The notes beneath the pieces are model-generated. The model was not told the origin of the DNA. It saw only the letters and a list, made by a program, of their open reading frames with translations, and made no database searches. From positions 1,116,001 through 1,180,000 of the forward strand of contig JABVCE010000013.1 in the NCBI GenBank assembly GCA_014905635.1: 64,000 nt of DNA. The letters run 5' to 3'. Made by a program: the position numbers and the translations under genes. Source of the stretch: Scenedesmus sp. PABB004. Its lineage: Eukaryota. This document shows positions 60,470-64,000 of the stretch, one piece after another; positions within the stretch are counted from its first letter, which is position 1, and each line of letters begins with the position of its first letter.

Positions 60470-61075
60470 AACGGCAACTGCGCGCTGCACCTGCTCGCCG
60501 CGGTGCGGCGGCGCCTGCTGCACCTGCTGCGCCTGGCGCCCGGCGCCGACGTGGTGGCTTTGTGCTCTCGCTCGCCGACCCCGAGGGAGGCGGTGCTGAT
60601 CGGTGCTCCTTCTTGACCGCCGCCGAGCTGCGGCTCTGCTCTGCGTCGCGCACCGCCTGCCGGCGTCCTCGAGCGCCGCGCCGTCGAAGCTGGGCGCGGC
60701 GGCCTCGCAGGCGGCGCCCGGCGGCGGCGGCGAGGAGGGCGGTGCCCCGGCGGCGGGCGGCGCCAGCGCCGGGCCGTCCGCCGGCAGCGCCGCGGCTGGC
60801 AGCGACGAGGTGGGGGGCCCGGCGGCGGGCCCGCCGCAGCAGCCGCAGCAGCAGCAGCAGCAGCAGCAGCAGCGGCGGCGCAGCCGCAAGAAGCGCCGCG
60901 GCAAGGGCAACGGTGCCGCAGCGCACAGCAGCGCAGGCTGGCTGACGGCCGCCGCTGCGCCGCGCCCCGCAGGCACGGTGGTGCGCCGCCTGCGCAGCGC
61001 GCTGGCGCGCGCGGCGCGCGTGGGGCGGCCCGCCCTGCCCGCGGCGCTGGTCAACGCGCGCATGCACCTCATCAA

Positions 61076-61202
61076 CTGCCGCCGCTGCACCGCGCGGCGG
61101 GTGCTCACTCGCAGGCGTAGTACGTCATGAGCTCGTGCGCCTGCAGCTCGTGACGTTCTACGCCTGCGCGTGAGCGCCCGCCGCGCGGTGCAGCGGCGGC
61201 AG
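61076..61202 (+). ncRNA. Intronic pre-miRNA-like hairpin (58-bp stem, 11-nt loop)
   Basis: Arms 61076-61133 and 61145-61202 are complementary with 4 differences (2 become G-U on +). Lies inside predicted intron 61020-61214. The structure is certain; ncRNA function is inferred. Confidence 0.5.
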
Positions 61203-61356
61203 CGTGTGTTGCAGGACCTGATTTTTGCTGTCACGAGCCTGCCAGGGCGGCAGTTTATGTTGGCAACGCGCATCCCAGGGGAGCTGCAGCGCATGCTGCC
61301 GCTCTTTTGGGCGGCGACGGGCGCGGCCGCGGCGGAGCTGCCGCGCTGGGTGAGCC

Positions 61357-61450
61357 CCGCGGGTGGCGCGCGTGCAGGCGCACGTTGAGCGCAAACAGCC
61401 GGGTGTAGCCTTTTGCACTCAACGTGCGCCTGCACGCGCGCCACCCGCGG
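61357..61450 (+). ncRNA. Mirtron-like intronic hairpin (33 perfect bp plus extension)
   Basis: ccgcgggtggcgcgcgtgcaggcgcacgttgag pairs with ctcaacgtgcgcctgcacgcgcgccacccgcgg and fills most of predicted intron 61350-61460. Function is inferred. Confidence 0.5.
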
Positions 61451-62010
61451 CTGCGCCAAGCTGGGCAGCGCGCTCGTGTGCGCCGTGCTGGCGAAGAGCC
61501 CCGCCGCGTGGGATGCGGCGTGGCAGCCGGCGGAGAAAGTCCAGCGGCGGCGGCGAGGCGGAGGCGCGCCGCGCGCTGGAGTTTCTGCGGCGCCACGCGC
61601 TGGCGCTGCGGCTCGAGCTGCTGCGGCCGCTGCCGCCGCAGCACGACCCCGACGCCGCAGCCGGCGACGGCGACGCGGCGCCCGGCGGGCCGGCGGCGAC
61701 CGCCGCTGCCGGCGCGCGGGACCGCCCGCCGCCCGCCGGCCGCGCGGAGGACCTGCAGGCCCTGGGCCGACGGCGGACCTGTAGACGTGGCTGCTCGCCG
61801 GCCGCGGCTCGGCGCACGCCGGCGGTGGCGGCAGCGACGGCGGCGGCGGCAGCAGCGGCTGGCGCGCGGCGATGGAGGCGCCGCCGCCCGCGGACGCGCC
61901 GGCCGACCCCGGTGCCAACGACGACGCAGAGCAGCAGCCGGCCCAACAACCGAGCCACGCGCAGCGCCTGGACGCGCTGCGTCAGGCGCGGCGGCAGCAG
62001 GCGCGGCGGC

Positions 62011-62101
62011 AGCAGGGCGAGGCAGACGCGGCCCACCGCGAGGCCGACGCAGCGGCTGCGTTCGGCGACCTGGCGGTGGGCCGCGTCTGCCTCGCCCTGC
62101 T
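62011..62101. repeat. Inverted repeat, perfect 29-bp arms
   Basis: 62011-62039 is the reverse complement of 62073-62101; further imperfect pairing occurs inside the spacer. Confidence 0.95.
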
Positions 62102-62176
62102 CCCCCACTGCCGCCGCCTGCAGGCGCGAGGTGAAATAATTCGCAGAGCTTCCTGCAGGCGGCGGCAGTGGGGGAG
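62100..62176. repeat. Inverted repeat, perfect 25-bp arms, with an AT-richer 27-nt loop
   Basis: ctcccccactgccgccgcctgcagg (62100-62124) versus cctgcaggcggcggcagtgggggag (62152-62176). Confidence 0.95.
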
Positions 62177-62376
62177 TGGCGGCGCCGCGCGCCAGGCGCG
62201 GCCGTGGTGCGGCAGGTGCAGGGGCTGCCGCTGCTGGAGCTCGCCGCCACGCCGCGGGTCGTGGCGCAGCGCGCCGCGAGCGTGCCCGGGCCGTCGGCGC
62301 CACCTTCGCGCCTCGCGGCGCTGCAGCAGCTCAAGGCCGACACGGCGGCCGCCCAGCAGCGCCTCGCTGCGCTGGC

Positions 62377-62579
62377 GGTGCGGCTTGGCGGCGACGTGCT
62401 GCCCGGCGCGCTGGTTGCGAGGCCGCCTGCCTGGCCTCCCTGCGCGCCTCGTAGAGCTTGTGACGCGCTGCTGGGCCAACCTCTACGAGGCCCGCAGGGA
62501 GGCCAGGCAGGCGGCGCTCGCAGAGGTGCGGCTTGGCGGCGACGTGCTGCCCGGCGCGCTGGTCGCGAGGCCGCCTGCC
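62377..62579. repeat. ~55-bp direct repeat enclosing a 39-bp inverted repeat
   Basis: ggtgcggcttggcggcgacgtgctgcccggcgcgctggt(t/c)gcgaggccgcctgcc occurs at ~62377 and ~62525; arms 62422-62460 and 62477-62515 have 2 mismatches. Confidence 0.93.
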
Positions 62580-63240
62580 GCCGCGCTGGGCGCGCTGGCG
62601 GACGCGCGCGAGCAGCTCGAGGCGGCCGCGTGGCAGCAGCAGGCGGCGCCGGGGCCCCTGGCTGCAGTGTGGCCCGGCGCGCAGGCCGCCCACGCGGCCC
62701 TCGCCGGCGCGGGCCAGCAGCTGGGCGAGGCGCGGGCGCGCGCGCTGCGCTTTGCCGGGCGGCACCTCGGCGATCATGTCGCTGCGGCGGCCGCGCAGGA
62801 GCGCGCGTGGCACCCGCCGGCGGCGCTGCCGGCGGCGCCGCCGCAGAGCCTGGCGGCGGCGCGCGAGCTGCTGGACCGGCTGGACGCCGTCCTCCAGCAC
62901 CTCCGCCTGGCTGCGCCGCGCGGCTGAGCTGCAGGCCGACATCGCCGCCGCTGCCCTGCGCCAGCGCAACCCGGGGTTGCGAGTCGACGCGGCGTCGCGT
63001 GCGCGCGCGGCCGCGTTTGCCCCCGGCGTGGACGACGCGCTGCTCGAGCGCCTGCGCAAGCTGAGGGCACGCGGCGCGCTGCAGGTCGAGCGTGTCGCGG
63101 TGCAGGTGCCCCTGGGCGCTCTCGAAACGGTGCAAGTGCACCCGCCCGTAGCGCTGGGCGAATGCTCGACAAACGGCTACGACGCGTGCGTGGCGCGGGT
63201 GTGCGCCGACCCGGCCGCCGCCGCCCGCGCGCCGGCTCCC

Positions 63241-63290
63241 GAGCCGGGCTCGAGCGACGCCGAGCCGGGCTCGAGCGACGCCGAGCCCGG
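63241..63290 (+). repeat. 21-bp tandem repeat (EPGSSDA x2 plus a partial copy)
   Basis: gagccgggctcgagcgacgcc is repeated. Confidence 0.85.
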
Positions 63291-63408
63291 GCTGGCGCCG
63301 ACGCCCGACCCCGCGGCGGCGGCGGCGGCTGCAGCGGCGGCGGCGCCGCCGTCGCGCGACCCGCTGCCGCCCTGGCGCCGGCCCGCCCGGCCCGGCCCCG
63401 CCGACCGC

Positions 63409-63456
63409 CGCGCGGTGTCGTCGGCCTTGAACGTTCAAGGCCGACGACACCGCGCG
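63409..63456. repeat. Perfect 48-bp palindrome with no spacer
   Basis: cgcgcggtgtcgtcggccttgaac|gttcaaggccgacgacaccgcgcg, centre 63432/63433, checked base by base. Confidence 0.97.
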
Positions 63457-64000
63457 CGCGCAGGCCGCGCTCGCCGCCGGCGGCGCAGTCCTCGACGCCG
63501 TGTTTGACCCCGCCCGGCCGGCCGCGCCGGCGGCCGCGGCGGCGGCGGCGGCGGCGCCCGGCACGCGGCGATGTCGCCGAGGCGGGGGTCCCAGCCGAAC
63601 ACCAGCGCTGGGGGCGCACGCTGGTGTTGGCGCTGTCGCACCCTGCCTACGGCTGCACGCGCCGCGCGCACCGCCGCGCAGCACCGCTGCCCCGCCGCGC
63701 ACGACGCGCGGGGCGGCGCCGACGTGGTGACGCTGTCGACGCGGGGGTATCGGGACGCATCAGCACGGGGCGGAGGGGGGCCGGGGCGGGGGCACGTCGG
63801 TGCGTTTGCGCGCGCGCAGGAGGGCCTGGCCACGCGCGCGCCGCGGCAACTTCCTGGCCGCCGCCGACGCGGCGGGCGCGCGCGTGGGCCTGTTTGACCG
63901 TGCATTTTCTGTCTACGGCTGCATGCATGCGTGGGAGTTTCGGGTGCACATGCTGAACGACAAGGAGATGCACCGGGTTAATTTTTCAACGCATTCGTCA

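Larger units (their letters stand above)
60100..64000 (+). pseudogene. Fragmented or degenerate multi-exon gene of unknown family, rich in fold-back repeats; may run off the window
   Basis: Coding-like exons with clean splice phase (..KGNG|TVVRRLRSALARAAR|DLIFAVTSLPG..ELPRW|LGSALVCAV) alongside frame changes and stops (~60600, ~61550, 62927). Functional status unresolved. Confidence 0.45.

Noticed and set aside
60436..60500. OTU protease-like motif (VPNGNCAL)
   Set aside because: Only a short resemblance to the DGNCL motif, with no other OTU elements seen.
60367..63456. CRISPR array, or a repeat-spacer or integron-like cassette system
   Set aside because: The hairpins do not share a repeat sequence or regular spacing, there is no cas or integrase gene, and the context is eukaryotic.
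63830..63887. An eighth hairpin (13-bp arms)
   Set aside because: The arms are mostly (CG)n, self-complementary by composition.
1..64000. Hundreds of long overlapping Arg/Ala/Pro/Gly-rich ORFs on both strands
   Set aside because: Expected from stop-codon scarcity at very high GC; they are shadows of real exons and introns, not overlapping genes.
63600..64000. Uracil-DNA glycosylase-like or transposase identity for the terminal ORF pieces (LALSHPAYG)
   Set aside because: A single weak motif, with no supporting catalytic motifs, TIRs or LTRs visible.
1..64000. tRNA or rRNA genes, or autonomous transposons
   Set aside because: I recognised no cloverleaf or rRNA motifs and no RT, integrase or transposase domains by eye.

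Overview
This is a very GC-rich, intron-dense eukaryotic window, most consistent with a chlorophyte green alga. A Sphaeropleales/Selenastraceae-like origin is my inference from composition, intron style and gene set. Most long ORFs in the six-frame track are GC artefacts, so I reconstructed genes by splicing recognisable exons by eye. About 21 tightly packed genes are supported: two unknown proteins (one secreted, with a PAKAAE repeat), an ALMT-type channel, NAF1, a NELF-A-like protein, a membrane protein, IFT144/WDR19, a stand-alone NLP-type GAF protein, an S8 subtilisin, an RRM protein, a hypothetical gene, DRC9/IQCG, CPP1-like, serine acetyltransferase, PAN3, SnRK2, ABC1K1, an AP2 factor, ureidoglycolate lyase, a sulfotransferase and a degenerate terminal gene. 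The most unusual region is 59.7-64 kb. A ~320-bp copy of the subtilisin 3' end/downstream DNA precedes a fragmented unknown gene that carries seven long (24-58 bp) near-perfect fold-backs. Some fill introns (mirtron/pre-miRNA-like) and others pair an intron with its neighbouring exon. Other notable items are a NELF-A-like gene in a green alga, an NLP GAF domain without RWP-RK, and frequent GC-AG introns. All family assignments come from remembered motifs; no database search was run.
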